Shown here: positions 1 to 10,044 of the stretch, piece by piece
How the letters are laid out: each line of letters starts with the position of its first letter
Numbering within the stretch: the stretch's first letter is position 1
Origin: Candidatus Iainarchaeum sp.
Lineage (GTDB): Archaea > Iainarchaeota > Iainarchaeia > Iainarchaeales > JAGVWC01
NCBI GenBank assembly: GCA_018304465.1
Contig: JAGVWC010000012.1
Location: 74,019 to 138,018 of the forward strand
Direction of reading: 5' to 3'
DNA length: 64,000 bases
The notes under the pieces: generated by a model
Told to the model about the DNA's origin: nothing
The model's database searches: none
What the model saw: the letters and a program-made list of their open reading frames with translations, nothing else
Made by a program: the position numbers and the translations under genes

Positions 1-1626
1 GGAATCGGGGGGTTTCGATTGCAATTGCGCGGCGAGTTTGAAAACCGCGAGATTTGCAGTTTTTCGGACGTAAGCAAAGAAATCGCGGTGGAACTGGTCA
101 AGGACACGCCGACGCCGAATCCAGAGGTTTGCCGCTCGGTTTCGATCGAAGCCTTTCCATTGCTTTTGGAAAGCGGGTCTTCGAAAACGGATTTTTTCAA
201 GGTGTTGAACGGTTCGAACCGGACGTTTTACATTGATTCCGTGAACATGTTTGACGACAGCACGGATTTTTCGCTTAGTGAAACCACGTTTGACTTGTTT
301 GCGCCTTCGGGAGGCGGAATCGCCCGGGTGTGGTTTTCGGCACAGGCAAATCGTGTTTCGAGCGAGGGAGACCGAACCGGTTTTATCCAGGTGTCGGGTC
401 ATTTCGCCGACGGGGCTACGTGTTCGTTCACCGCGATCGGAACCGAAAGTTTTCCGGTGGTTATCACGCCGAAAGATTCGGACGAAACGTGTCCGGACTT
501 CAAACTCGAAGTGCCGGATCGCGTGGTTGCGTCCGATGACGTGGCATGGGTGGATGTGCGTGTTTTCAATCCGACGGATCAGGACGCGTTCGTGTATTTG
601 AGCGGAACCAATTTGTCGGTTTCGCCCAGCGTGATTTCCGCGCCGCCGAATGGCTGGTTTTCAACGACCGTGAAAGCGACGTTGCTTTCGGGTTCGGAAA
701 CAAATCTCGAGTTTCGCCCCAGCGTGTTCGATTGCACGGCGTTAAAGAAATTTACGCGTATTGTTTCCCGCGAGACTGGAGACGGGGACATTCGAATCGC
801 GTCGTTGCCGTCCTCCGTGGTGTTTGTCAAAAAAACGACGGTCAAGGTTTTGGTCGAAAACAATTCGAATTTCAGCCGAACCGTGGACGTGAAAATGGGA
901 AATATTCTGAATGGTTGGACGACCGAATCGCATTCGGTGTCGGTTCCACGAAACGAGTCGGTTCCGGTGTACATTGATATTTTTTCCAACAACGTGTTCG
1001 GAGAAGCGGACGCGGTCGTGGGTCTTTTTGAGGACGGCGACTTGGTGGATGAGCGGGATATTTTAATCAAAGCGGTTCCGAAGTTGAGCGCGTCCGATGT
1101 TCTTACGGTCACTATTTCCGTGGTGCCGGTGTCGCCGACAGAAACCCAGGTGCATGTGCAGGTGACCAATTTTTCGGATTCTCAAGTTTCCGGAGACGTG
1201 TGGATCGAACTTCCGGCCGGCTGGTCGGTTTCGAATAACCGCAGCGTGTTTACGTTAAACCCCAATGAATCAAATACCCGGATTTTTTCTGCCAAGCCCA
1301 GTGCTTCGGCAACGGACGGAAACGGTTCAGTAGTGGTGGCGTTGGATGACGGTCGATCCGATCGATTCGCTTTTACCATGAAGCGATTTGGAAGCCAACT
1401 GACCCCGTCGAACGGTTTTTTTGCGGGTTTGTTTTCGCTTGGACGCGGAGTGTTTTCCAGCGGGCTTTTGATTTTGTTGATCGTGCTGGCCGTGGTGTTG
1501 GTGTTCTTGTTTTTGGATAACCAGTATCGCGAAGCCCATCCGCCGCGGATTCGCCATCCGCCGTTTTCGGTGATTGATAAAAATGGCCAGTATCGCTCGA
1601 ATGGACGGCACTCGTGGCGCGCGTAA
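1..1626 (+). CDS. Large surface/secreted protein, 5' partial (reading frame open to window start); many N-x-S/T sequons, C-terminal TM helix plus basic tail
   Basis: ORF 19..1626 has no in-frame stop upstream to nt 1. At least 10 N-x-S/T sequons. The C-terminus GLLILLIVLAVVLVFLFL is hydrophobic and is followed by a charged tail. No family recognised. Confidence 0.4.
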   Translation, partial: GIGGFRLQLRGEFENREICSFSDVSKEIAVELVKDTPTPNPEVCRSVSIEAFPLLLESGSSKTDFFKVLNGSNRTFYIDSVNMFDDSTDFSLSETTFDLFAPSGGGIARVWFSAQANRVSSEGDRTGFIQVSGHFADGATCSFTAIGTESFPVVITPKDSDETCPDFKLEVPDRVVASDDVAWVDVRVFNPTDQDAFVYLSGTNLSVSPSVISAPPNGWFSTTVKATLLSGSETNLEFRPSVFDCTALKKFTRIVSRETGDGDIRIASLPSSVVFVKKTTVKVLVENNSNFSRTVDVKMGNILNGWTTESHSVSVPRNESVPVYIDIFSNNVFGEADAVVGLFEDGDLVDERDILIKAVPKLSASDVLTVTISVVPVSPTETQVHVQVTNFSDSQVSGDVWIELPAGWSVSNNRSVFTLNPNESNTRIFSAKPSASATDGNGSVVVALDDGRSDRFAFTMKRFGSQLTPSNGFFAGLFSLGRGVFSSGLLILLIVLAVVLVFLFLDNQYREAHPPRIRHPPFSVIDKNGQYRSNGRHSWRA

Positions 1627-1947
1627 TTAAACAAACTGTTGGATAATTAAACAAAGTATTGAATAAAAAAAAAAGAGTGTTGAATATCTAAGAGAATTAG
1701 GGATAAAACCAAAGAGTGTTTGAAGTTCTTGGTGGGATGGCCAGCCAAAAGCGAAAACAGAACAGCACTCTTTAAATACCTTTTTCCGAAGGAATTGATA
1801 TATTAACGAATCCGGGGTTTTCCTGGATTTTATCCGTCTTTTTGACGGCAAACTGCATTCAGTTCGAACCGGATTGGATGTAACTGCCAAAACACGAATT
1901 TTTGGCTGTTGGGCCCCCAAAGCCCGTTTTCAGTGGATTGATGAAGA

Positions 1948-3078
1948 ATGGTAGATAAATCGCGTCCTCGAACAGGAAGCCTGCAATACTATCCGCGTTC
2001 TCGCGCAGACAAGGAAACCCCAAGCTTCCGCGCGTTTTCGGCTCCCAAAGCGGGCAAGGCAAAAGCGGTTAATTTTTTTGGATATAAAGCCGGCATGGTG
2101 CAGATCGGGGGAAAAGACCTTCGAAAAAGCACGCCAAGTACCGGTCATGACATCATAATGGCGGGAACCGTTATCGAGTGTCCGCCGCTTCGCGTGATCG
2201 GAATTCGCGTCACCGGATGGAACGATGGTCGCACGGGAATCAACGTGTTAACCGAAATGTGGGCCGACAAAGCGGATCGACATCTTCAAAAAAAAATTTA
2301 TAATTTTAAATCGCCGCAGTCAAAGAAGAAAAAAACCAAAACCGTGTACAAAACGATTTCGGATTTGGAAAAAATCAAAGACCAAATCGCCAACGTGCGC
2401 TTGCTGGTCGCGACGCAACCGAGTTTGACCGGATTTGGGAAGAAAAAACCCGACGTTTCCGAAGTCGCGATTTCAGGTGGAGTCGACGAACAACTGGCGT
2501 TTGCGAAAGAAAAACTCGGAAACGAATTGCATTTGAAAGAAGTATTTGAAAACAACACGCTGATGGATGTCAAAGCGGTTTCGACCGGAAAAGGAATGCA
2601 AGGCGTCATCAAACGACACAATGTCAAGATTCAGCGCCACAAAGCCAAGAAACAGCGCGCGGTCGGATCGATCGGTCCGTGGCATCCCCCGACTGTCATG
2701 TGGACGGTGGCGCGCGCGGGACAAATGGGATATAATTCGCGCACCGAATTCAACAAAAAGATCCTGGTTTTAGGCGAGAAAGGAAAAGCCATTTCGCCTT
2801 CAAGCGGTTTTGCGCATTATGGAAATGTTTCGAATGATTTTGTTTTGGTTGCCGGGTCGATTCCGGGTCCTTCCAAGCGTTGCATCGGATTGCGCTTGCC
2901 GACAAGACCCAGCCGCGAAAACCGCATTAAGCTTGAAGAAATTTCGTTTATTTCAACGGTTACGCACGGAAAAGCCGCGACCGAAGAAACTCCGAAAGCC
3001 GCCAAGGTTGAAGCGCAAAAAGTCGAAAAAAAAGAGCATAAAAGCGTTGAAGACGAATTAAAGCAAGCCGCCAAATAG
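1948..3078 (+). CDS. rpl3: Ribosomal protein uL3 with Lys/Glu-rich C-terminal extension
   Basis: GSLQYYPRSRA and FGYKAGM motifs are typical of archaeal L3. It is the first gene of the conserved L3-L4-L23-L2 block. Confidence 0.9.
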   Translation: MVDKSRPRTGSLQYYPRSRADKETPSFRAFSAPKAGKAKAVNFFGYKAGMVQIGGKDLRKSTPSTGHDIIMAGTVIECPPLRVIGIRVTGWNDGRTGINVLTEMWADKADRHLQKKIYNFKSPQSKKKKTKTVYKTISDLEKIKDQIANVRLLVATQPSLTGFGKKKPDVSEVAISGGVDEQLAFAKEKLGNELHLKEVFENNTLMDVKAVSTGKGMQGVIKRHNVKIQRHKAKKQRAVGSIGPWHPPTVMWTVARAGQMGYNSRTEFNKKILVLGEKGKAISPSSGFAHYGNVSNDFVLVAGSIPGPSKRCIGLRLPTRPSRENRIKLEEISFISTVTHGKAATEETPKAAKVEAQKVEKKEHKSVEDELKQAAK

Positions 3079-3088
3079 AGGATTTAAG

Positions 3089-3898
3089 ATGAAGTGCCAC
3101 GTGTTGGGATTGGATGGAAAAGCGGGAAAAGCCCTGGAGTTACCCCCGATTTTTGAGTCGCAGGTCAACACCCAGTTGATCAAGCGCGCCGTTTTGTCAA
3201 GCCAGTCAAAAGCCAAGCAGCCCAAAGGAAAATATTTGAAAGCCGGATTGGATAATACCGCGGTGTACATCGGTTATCGCGGTTTGCCCGGCGGAGAAAA
3301 ATCGATTAACACGGGTCACGCCCGATTGCCCCGCATGAAAAACCGCGGTTCATTGATGGCGGGAAAAGTCGCCGGTGTTTCGCAGGCCGTGGGCGGTCAC
3401 GCCGCGCATCCGCCGAAAGTGGAGTCGCGTATCGCGGAAGAAATGAACAAGAAAGAACGCAAAAAAGCGCTTGCCAGCGCGATTGCGGCCACGGGAAACA
3501 AGAGTTTTGTTCAGATTCGCGGAGAAACCAGCGTTTCGGAAGTGCCGTTGGTGATTTCGAATGAATTTGAAAAACTCGCCAAAACCAAGGATGTTTCGAA
3601 TGTGTTGAAGAGTTTGAAGCTGTGGGACGAAATCGAAAGCGCGAAAGAAAAGCGCACGGTTCGCGCCGGAAAGCAAAAAAGCCGCGGAAACAAGTACAAG
3701 CGGCGAAAAAGCATTTTGATTGTGGTCGGAAAAAAAGCCGCGGCGATCAAGGGTTGCCGAAACCTCGAAGGCGTTGACGTGGTCGAAGCCCGAAATTTGA
3801 GCGTTGAATTGCTGGCCCCGGGAACAAAACCGGGCCGGTTGACATTGTGGACGGAAGACGCTGTATCGCAAGTCGGAAAGATTTGGGGTAAAGAATAA
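3089..3898 (+). CDS. rpl4: Ribosomal protein uL4
   Basis: Archaeal L4 motifs (YRGLPGGEKS, GHAAHPPK) and position after L3. Confidence 0.9.
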   Translation: MKCHVLGLDGKAGKALELPPIFESQVNTQLIKRAVLSSQSKAKQPKGKYLKAGLDNTAVYIGYRGLPGGEKSINTGHARLPRMKNRGSLMAGKVAGVSQAVGGHAAHPPKVESRIAEEMNKKERKKALASAIAATGNKSFVQIRGETSVSEVPLVISNEFEKLAKTKDVSNVLKSLKLWDEIESAKEKRTVRAGKQKSRGNKYKRRKSILIVVGKKAAAIKGCRNLEGVDVVEARNLSVELLAPGTKPGRLTLWTEDAVSQVGKIWGKE

Positions 3899-4323
3899 TG
3901 GCAAAGAAAAAAGCGGCCAAAGTCGCGAAGAAACCCGTTGCGGAAAAAAAACCGGTCGTGCAAAAGAAGTCCACCGGAAAGCACACGCAGGTCCAGGAAC
4001 GAATCGCGTCAAAGGAAAAGAAAACCCCCCTGGTCGCGCAGGCTTCCGCAAGCGAACAAATCAGGGACTTGACGGAAATTATTTTTTATCCGTTGATTAC
4101 GGAAAAAGCGGTCGGAATGATCGAAAAGGAAAACAAACTGGCGTTTGTCGTCAGTGATTCGGCGTCCAAGGACAAAATCAAAAAAGCGGTCCAGGACGTG
4201 TACGCGGTCAAGGTATCCGACGTAAATTTGATCCGCGACCGAAAAGGCCGGAAAAAAGCGTTCGTGCGGCTTGACAAGGCGTTCAAGGCAAGCGATGTCG
4301 CGATTAAACTCGGAGTCATTTAA
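3898..4323 (+). CDS. rpl23: Ribosomal protein uL23 with Lys-rich N-terminal extension
   Basis: IFYPLITEKA...AFVV...K..IKKAV...VKV core. The start overlaps the L4 stop. Confidence 0.85.
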   Translation: MAKKKAAKVAKKPVAEKKPVVQKKSTGKHTQVQERIASKEKKTPLVAQASASEQIRDLTEIIFYPLITEKAVGMIEKENKLAFVVSDSASKDKIKKAVQDVYAVKVSDVNLIRDRKGRKKAFVRLDKAFKASDVAIKLGVI

Positions 4324-4333
4324 AGGTGTTCAA

Positions 4334-5056
4334 TTGGGTAAGTCATTACGAGCGCAGCGAAGAGGCAAAGGCTCCTTTACGTTTATTGCGACAAAAAAAG
4401 GAACCGCGGACGTGCGGTACTTGCGTTCTTCGGATACCGAACCGCTCGGTGTTTTGTCCGGACAAGTGCTGGAATTGGAAACCGACGCGGGTCGAAGCGC
4501 GGTTTTGGCGCGCGTGTTGTTTTCGAACGGAAAAGAATCGTATATGATCGCCGCCGAAGGATTGACGAAAGGACAATCGATTGAAATGGGCAAAAACGCG
4601 CAAGTGGGAATCGGAAACGTATTGCCTGTCGCGCAGATTCCGGAAGGATGCCCGATTTTTTGCGTTGAAAAAATGGCGGAAGACGGCGGATCCCTGGTTC
4701 GAGCGTCGGGTTTGTACGGGTTGATCATGTCCAAAACCGCCAAAAACGCGTTGGTTAAATTGTCTTCGGGAAAAACCATCGAGCTTCCACTGGAATGCCG
4801 CGCAACGATCGGTTGTGTGGCGGGCGGAGGACGACATGAAAAGCCAATGCTTAAAGCAGGAACCCATTTTCATTTAATGAAGGCGCGTAGACGCCATTAT
4901 CCGGGATTGCGTGGAGTCGCCATGAACGCGGTCGATCACCCGTTCGGTGGAAGCCAGCATCACGCCGGAAAATCCAAGAGCACCAAGCGCAATGCGCCGC
5001 CGGGCCGAAAGGTCGGAGCGATTGCCTCAAGCCGCACGGGACGGAGGAAGAGATAA
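4334..5056 (+). CDS. rpl2: Ribosomal protein uL2. The start is uncertain: the ORF track starts at 4271, overlapping rpl23, and a TTG at 4334 is the likely start.
   Basis: GKSLRAQRRGKGS N-terminus, GGGRHEKPMLKAG and HPFGGSQHH motifs. Confidence 0.88.
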   Translation: MGKSLRAQRRGKGSFTFIATKKGTADVRYLRSSDTEPLGVLSGQVLELETDAGRSAVLARVLFSNGKESYMIAAEGLTKGQSIEMGKNAQVGIGNVLPVAQIPEGCPIFCVEKMAEDGGSLVRASGLYGLIMSKTAKNALVKLSSGKTIELPLECRATIGCVAGGGRHEKPMLKAGTHFHLMKARRRHYPGLRGVAMNAVDHPFGGSQHHAGKSKSTKRNAPPGRKVGAIASSRTGRRKR

Positions 5057-5455
5057 ATGGCAAAGGAATTTTTGTACCGCAACAAGACAATGACGGAGCT
5101 TTCGGAAATGCCGCTGGATCAATTCGCGTTGCTGGTTCGAAGCCGAGCGCGTCGAACGTTACAGCACGGATTCGACAAGCAGTTGTTGAAACGCATCGAA
5201 AAAAACATTCAGACGCAAAAAGCGGGAAAAGAACCCAAAGCCATCCGAACGCATCTGCGCGATACCGTGATCATTCCCAAAATGGTGGGATTGCGTTTTG
5301 CCGTTTACAAGGGAAACTCGTTCGAACAAGTATTGGTCATACCGGAAATGCTGGGCCATTACCTGGGCGAAATGGTTTTGACGAGGAAACGCTTGCTGCA
5401 CGGAAAAGCCGGAATCGGTGCCACCAAGTCGAGCACCGCGATTACCGCGCGATAA
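5057..5455 (+). CDS. rps19: Ribosomal protein uS19
   Basis: S19 fold sequence KAIRTHLRDTVIIPKMVG...VYKGNSF. Confidence 0.9.
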   Translation: MAKEFLYRNKTMTELSEMPLDQFALLVRSRARRTLQHGFDKQLLKRIEKNIQTQKAGKEPKAIRTHLRDTVIIPKMVGLRFAVYKGNSFEQVLVIPEMLGHYLGEMVLTRKRLLHGKAGIGATKSSTAITAR

Positions 5456-5468
5456 TGAAGGTTAGCAT

Positions 5469-5939
5469 ATGAAACGAAATTACAATCTGGAAACGACCGT
5501 TGTGGAGAAAAAAATGGCGCGCGCATTGAGCGTTGGCGTTAACGCGTCGCTCAAATACGCGACCGAAATCTGCAACCAGGTCCGCGGAAAACCCGTGAAA
5601 AAAGTGGAAGCGTTTTTGGAACGCGTGCTTGAAAAAGAAGAACACTTGCCGTTGCCGCGCTACAACAAGAAAGTTGCGCACAGAAAAGGCGAAGCGAAAG
5701 AACACACCAAGTCGGGCCGGTATCCGGAAAAAACCGTGAAAGTATTTTTGAAGCTGGTACAAAGCGCGAAAGCGAATGCCGATTACAAGGGACTCGATGC
5801 CGAAAAACTCGTGGTCTTGCATGCGTTTGCAAGCCAGGCGTTTGGAAGACCGTCGTACCAGAACAAAGGACACATCAGCGGAAAACGACGAAAAACAAAG
5901 TCGTGCCACATCGAAATTGTGTTGTTAGAGGCAGCCTAA
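5469..5939 (+). CDS. rpl22: Ribosomal protein uL22
   Basis: Archaeal L22 pattern and operon position. Confidence 0.85.
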   Translation: MKRNYNLETTVVEKKMARALSVGVNASLKYATEICNQVRGKPVKKVEAFLERVLEKEEHLPLPRYNKKVAHRKGEAKEHTKSGRYPEKTVKVFLKLVQSAKANADYKGLDAEKLVVLHAFASQAFGRPSYQNKGHISGKRRKTKSCHIEIVLLEAA

Positions 5940-5945
5940 GGGGAT

Positions 5946-6758
5946 ATGCAAATGATTGAACGAGCATTCATCGAACAGGGAATCCGAAAAGTCGAACTCG
6001 ACCGGTTCTTGCGCGGAAAATTGGAACGCGCGGGTTTCACGCGGTCCGAAATCGTCAAGACGCCGCTCGTGACGCGAATCGTCGTCAACGTGGTGTCACC
6101 GGGACTCGCGATCGGAAAAGGCGGGGAAAACATCCGAAGCCTTACCGAAGCGATCAAAACCAAGTACGGAATCGAAAATCCGCAGTTGGAAATCCGGGAA
6201 ATTCCCAAGGTGAATCTCGACTCGCAAGCCGTCACCGACAAGATCGTGGCGGCCGTGGAACGAGGGTTCTCGTGGAGAAGCGTTTGCTTTCGAACCGTGC
6301 GCGACATCATGGGTAGCGGCGCCAAAGGAGTCGAAATTATTGTTAAAGGAGTCATTGCGGGAAAAGGACAGCGAAAACGCAAACAACGCCTGGCCGAAGG
6401 ATACATGAAAAAAGTCGGGAACGAAGCGTTGCTCGTCGATTATGCCAAAGGAACCGCGATCACCAAGATCGGAGCGATCGGTTTCAAAGTACGGATCGTG
6501 CGACCCGACGTGCAGTTTTTGGACAAGATTGATTTGAGAAATTACATCGGGAAAAAAGCGGATGAAACCGTTGTCGCGGAATCGGTTCCAATGGAAGTGG
6601 AGCCGGTAACCGAGAAAGCCGAAGAAATCGTTGAGGAAAAAACCGAAAAGAAAGAAACCAAGAAACCCAAAGCGGAAAAACCCAAGGCAAAAAAAGAAAA
6701 GAAAGAAGAACCTGCAGAGAAAAAAGCCGAGGAATCCGCGGTGGAAGAAGAAAAGTGA
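5946..6758 (+). CDS. rps3: Ribosomal protein uS3 (KH domain) with Lys/Glu-rich C-terminal tail
   Basis: LAIGKGGENIRSL KH motif. A long KKEKKEE tail follows. Confidence 0.9.
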   Translation: MQMIERAFIEQGIRKVELDRFLRGKLERAGFTRSEIVKTPLVTRIVVNVVSPGLAIGKGGENIRSLTEAIKTKYGIENPQLEIREIPKVNLDSQAVTDKIVAAVERGFSWRSVCFRTVRDIMGSGAKGVEIIVKGVIAGKGQRKRKQRLAEGYMKKVGNEALLVDYAKGTAITKIGAIGFKVRIVRPDVQFLDKIDLRNYIGKKADETVVAESVPMEVEPVTEKAEEIVEEKTEKKETKKPKAEKPKAKKEKKEEPAEKKAEESAVEEEK

Positions 6759-6768
6759 AGGTTAAGGT

Positions 6769-6996
6769 ATGAAAGTAAAAGAAGTTCGTGCATTGGGCGA
6801 TCAAGACGCGGAAACGAAACTGGCGGAATTGAAGAAACAACTGGCCAAAGAACGCGGACTCGTCGCGTCCGGAACCCGACCCGAGAATCCTGGAAAAATA
6901 AAGGATATGCGCAAAACCATCGCGCGGATTCTGACGGTTAGCCACGAAAAAGCGCTTAAGCAAAAAACAAAAAAAATGATAGCACGCGGAGGCTGA
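6769..6996 (+). CDS. rpl29: Ribosomal protein uL29
   Basis: Small helical protein MKVKEVRAL...LAELKKQL at the conserved position. Confidence 0.8.
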   Translation: MKVKEVRALGDQDAETKLAELKKQLAKERGLVASGTRPENPGKIKDMRKTIARILTVSHEKALKQKTKKMIARGG

Positions 6997-7005
6997 AGGA
7001 AAAAA

Positions 7006-7311
7006 ATGGATGAAATTTGTCAAACCTGTGGACTACCGAAATCACTTTGCGTCTGTGGCCAAATCGAAAAAGAGCAGCAGAAAATAAAGATTCGGATGAT
7101 TACCCGAAAATTCGGAAAACAGGTGACGCACGTCAGCGGTTTCGACACCGAGGAACTGGCCAAAGAACTGGAAAAAGTGTTGAAAAAAAAACTCGCTTGC
7201 GGCGGAACATCCAAGAACAAAATCATCGAACTGCAAGGAAATCATGCACGAAAAGTCAAAGAAGTGCTGCTTGCGGAAGGATACAACGAGGCATTGATTG
7301 ATGATCATTGA
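7006..7311 (+). CDS. Translation initiation factor SUI1/aIF1 family
   Basis: CxxC N-terminus followed by a SUI1 domain (IRMITRKFGKQVTHVSGF). This is the conserved archaeal insert after L29. Confidence 0.8.
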   Translation: MDEICQTCGLPKSLCVCGQIEKEQQKIKIRMITRKFGKQVTHVSGFDTEELAKELEKVLKKKLACGGTSKNKIIELQGNHARKVKEVLLAEGYNEALIDDH

Positions 7312-7588
7312 AATTACCGAGAAAAACCTTGCCGGCCATGAATGGATCGGTTTGGACGCGGTTGTGATCGCGTCCACGGATCCGGGCAGAGTCGGAAAAA
7401 AAGGTCGGATCGTCGGTGAAACCAAAAACACGGTTGTGTTGGAATCGGATTCCAGAGAAATCGTGTTGCCAAAAAAAGAAGTGAAATTGGAAATCGAATG
7501 GAAGGAGAAAAAGTACACGTTAGATTTGAAAGAATGGTGTTTTAGGCCGGAAGACCGCATTAAGGCTTTGGTCAAGAAAAAAAAATGA
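7298..7588 (+). CDS. rnp1: RNase P protein component Rpp29 (Pop4)
   Basis: ELIGLDA.VI.STDP..VG..G.IV.ETKNT motif and RPEDRIK. Conserved neighbour of SUI1. Confidence 0.7.
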   Translation: MMIIEITEKNLAGHEWIGLDAVVIASTDPGRVGKKGRIVGETKNTVVLESDSREIVLPKKEVKLEIEWKEKKYTLDLKEWCFRPEDRIKALVKKKK

Positions 7589-7598
7589 GGGAAGAAAC

Positions 7599-7940
7599 AT
7601 GTCGGTGAAAAACAAAAACAGTTTGCCCGTGCGCGGAAACGTGTTTGATGGAAGAGTCATCAGCGCGAAAGCCCCGAAAACCGTTACGGTTTTGCGCGAC
7701 ACAGTGCATTACGTTTCAAAGTATGAGCGATACAAAAAAAGCCGCTCAAAAGTAAAAGCGCACGTTCCCGACAATTTTGCCGTGAACGAAGGCGACGTGG
7801 TACGAATCGGGGAAACCCGAAAAATTTCGAAAACCAAGAATTTCGTCGTCATGCAGATCCTGCAGAAAGCCGCCGAAAAACGCTTGATTGAAGACATCAA
7901 AGAAGAGGAAAAACCCAAAAAGAAAGAGGATAAGAAATGA
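7599..7940 (+). CDS. rps17: Ribosomal protein uS17
   Basis: VRGNVFDGRVIS, TVTVLRD and KY.RY.K. motifs. Confidence 0.85.
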   Translation: MSVKNKNSLPVRGNVFDGRVISAKAPKTVTVLRDTVHYVSKYERYKKSRSKVKAHVPDNFAVNEGDVVRIGETRKISKTKNFVVMQILQKAAEKRLIEDIKEEEKPKKKEDKK

Positions 7941-8335
7941 ATGCCATTAACGCTTCGCCGGTGCGGGGATTGACGCAAAAGACGCGTTGTTTGTGTACGG
8001 ATAATTCCGGCGCGAAAGAAGTGGAGATTATCAGCGTGTTTGGATTCAAATCACGCAAGAAAATGTATCCGAAAGCCGGAATCGCCGACCTCGTGAACGT
8101 GGTCGTCAAGAAAGGAAAACCGGAAATGCGTAAAAAAGTGGAACGCGCGGTCGTTGTCCGTGTTCGAAAAGAATACCGCCGACGCGACGGAATGCGCATC
8201 GCGTTCGAAGACAACGCGGTTGTATTGGTCGATGAAAAAGGATTGCCCAAAGCATCCGAAGTCAAAGGCGTGGTCGCCAAAGAAGTCGCCGAACGATATC
8301 CGAAAGTCGCGGGATTGGCCCAGGCCGTTTTGTAA
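7937..8335 (+). CDS. rpl14: Ribosomal protein uL14
   Basis: Universally conserved L14 sequence (LCTDNSGAKE...). Confidence 0.9.
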   Translation: MNAINASPVRGLTQKTRCLCTDNSGAKEVEIISVFGFKSRKKMYPKAGIADLVNVVVKKGKPEMRKKVERAVVVRVRKEYRRRDGMRIAFEDNAVVLVDEKGLPKASEVKGVVAKEVAERYPKVAGLAQAVL

Positions 8336-8342
8336 GGAATGA

Positions 8343-8789
8343 TTGAAGATGAATCCGAAAAGCAAAAAACCAAACAAGCAGCGGAAATACCAGGCCAACC
8401 TGGCGTTGCACCAGAAGCAAAAACGTTTGTCGGTGCATTTGTCCAAAGAGCTGCGCAAAGAGTATAAGACCCGCGCGGTGCCCTTAAAGAAAGGCGACTT
8501 GGTGAAAGTCGTTTCGGGAAACCAGTTCGGAAAAACCGGCAAAGTAACCGAAGTCAATTACGATTCGCAGCGCGTCGCAATTGAAAAGATCATGCGCAAA
8601 AAATCGGACGGAAAAGAAATCCCGATTTTGATTCACGCGAGCAATTTGATGATTATGGAATTGGAAACCAAAGACGACCGGCGATTCAAGAATGCTCCGG
8701 CGAAAAAAAAGAAAACCCACGAAGAAGCCCCGGAAAAAACCGCGGCACCAAAGAAAACCGTGGCCAAAGCGAAGGTGACTGCAAAATGA
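8343..8789 (+). CDS. rpl24: Ribosomal protein uL24 (KOW)
   Basis: KOW motif KKGDLVKVVSGNQFGKTGKV. Confidence 0.85.
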   Translation: MKMNPKSKKPNKQRKYQANLALHQKQKRLSVHLSKELRKEYKTRAVPLKKGDLVKVVSGNQFGKTGKVTEVNYDSQRVAIEKIMRKKSDGKEIPILIHASNLMIMELETKDDRRFKNAPAKKKKTHEEAPEKTAAPKKTVAKAKVTAK

Positions 8790-9508
8790 GTAGTAAAGGC
8801 GGACGCACGACGTCCAAACGATTGGCTTTGCCACGCGTTCGAACCGTGATTAAGAAAGCCCGGACATGGGCGATTCGACCAAGCCCCGGAAGCCACAGCC
8901 AGGAAACGGCTGTGCCGTTGGGTTCGGTTTTGCGCGATGTGTTAGGCGTTACGACCAATGCGTTGGAAACCCGACGCGTGCTTTCGACCGGAACCGTTTT
9001 CGTGAATTCGAAAAAGCGAAAAGAACGCAAGTTCGCCGTGGGATTGTTTGACGTGGTGTATCTGGAAACCGCGAAAAAATATTATCGAATGGTATTGAAC
9101 GGCAGAGGCCGGCTGGTACCGCTTGAGATTACAAAAGACGACGGAAAGTTTTCGGTTGAAAAAGTCACGAAAAAAGTGCTTTCGAAAGGGCACTTGTTCC
9201 AATTGACCACCAATGCGGGTTCGACGTTCATGCAAAAAGACGGAAAAGTCCCCGTGGGCGCTTCATTGAAAGTGGATTTGGAACACCGGAAAATCGTGGA
9301 TACGTTTGAGATGAAAGAAGGACATTTGGCGTACATTGTGGGCGGAACTCACCGCGGCAGTGTCGCGACCATTGAAAACATTTCCCCGTCAACCATGCAA
9401 AAAGAAAGCCTGGTTTCGCTGAAAGGGGACAGCGAGTTTCAGACGATTACGGAAAACGTGTTCGTGATCGGAAACAAGAAAGCCGCGATCGCGGTGGAAA
9501 AGGAATAA
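8786..9508 (+). CDS. rps4e: Ribosomal protein eS4
   Basis: S4e N-terminus (KRLALPR, W.IRPSPG.H) and length. Confidence 0.9.
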   Translation: MSSKGGRTTSKRLALPRVRTVIKKARTWAIRPSPGSHSQETAVPLGSVLRDVLGVTTNALETRRVLSTGTVFVNSKKRKERKFAVGLFDVVYLETAKKYYRMVLNGRGRLVPLEITKDDGKFSVEKVTKKVLSKGHLFQLTTNAGSTFMQKDGKVPVGASLKVDLEHRKIVDTFEMKEGHLAYIVGGTHRGSVATIENISPSTMQKESLVSLKGDSEFQTITENVFVIGNKKAAIAVEKE

Positions 9509-9522
9509 TTGACAAGTGATAA

Positions 9523-10044
9523 ATGATGGCAGAAGAAAACAAGATGCGCGAAATCCGTGTGGCCAAAGTAACGGTCAACATGGGTGTCGGACAGCCAGGT
9601 GAAGGACTAAAGAACGCCCAAACGATTCTCGAAATGATTACGGGAACGAAGTCGGTGCAAACCCAAGCCAAGGTCCGCTTGCCCACGTGGAATATCCGCC
9701 CGGGTCTTCCGATCGGAGCCAAGACCACGTTGCGAAAGCAAAAAGCGCAGGATTTCCTAAAACGCGCGTTTCTTGCCAAGAGCAACACGTTAAAAAAGAA
9801 AAATTTTGACAAAATGGGAAATTTCGGTTTTGGTATCCGCGAACACATTGATTTACAGGGAATCAAATACGATCCGAAGATGGGTATCCGCGGTTTCGAC
9901 GTGTTGGTTTCGCTTGAGCGACCCGGTTACCGCGTTTCGAAACGAAAGTTGGGCAAAGGAACGATCGGCCGCACGCATGTGATTACAAGAGACGAAGGAA
10001 TTGCGTTTGTTGAAAAGAAATTCGGAGTGAAAGTCAATGACTAA
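9523..10044 (+). CDS. rpl5: Ribosomal protein uL5
   Basis: [16 protein letters not shown]...[10 protein letters not shown] motifs. Confidence 0.9.
   Translation: MMAEENKMREIRVAKVTVNMGVGQPGEGLKNAQTILEMITGTKSVQTQAKVRLPTWNIRPGLPIGAKTTLRKQKAQDFLKRAFLAKSNTLKKKNFDKMGNFGFGIREHIDLQGIKYDPKMGIRGFDVLVSLERPGYRVSKRKLGKGTIGRTHVITRDEGIAFVEKKFGVKVND

Noticed and set aside
579-1634. Minus-strand ORFs (196, 150, 94 aa) within the first surface-protein gene
   Set aside because: Antisense overlaps with a long continuous ORF. Ser/Thr-rich nonsense composition.
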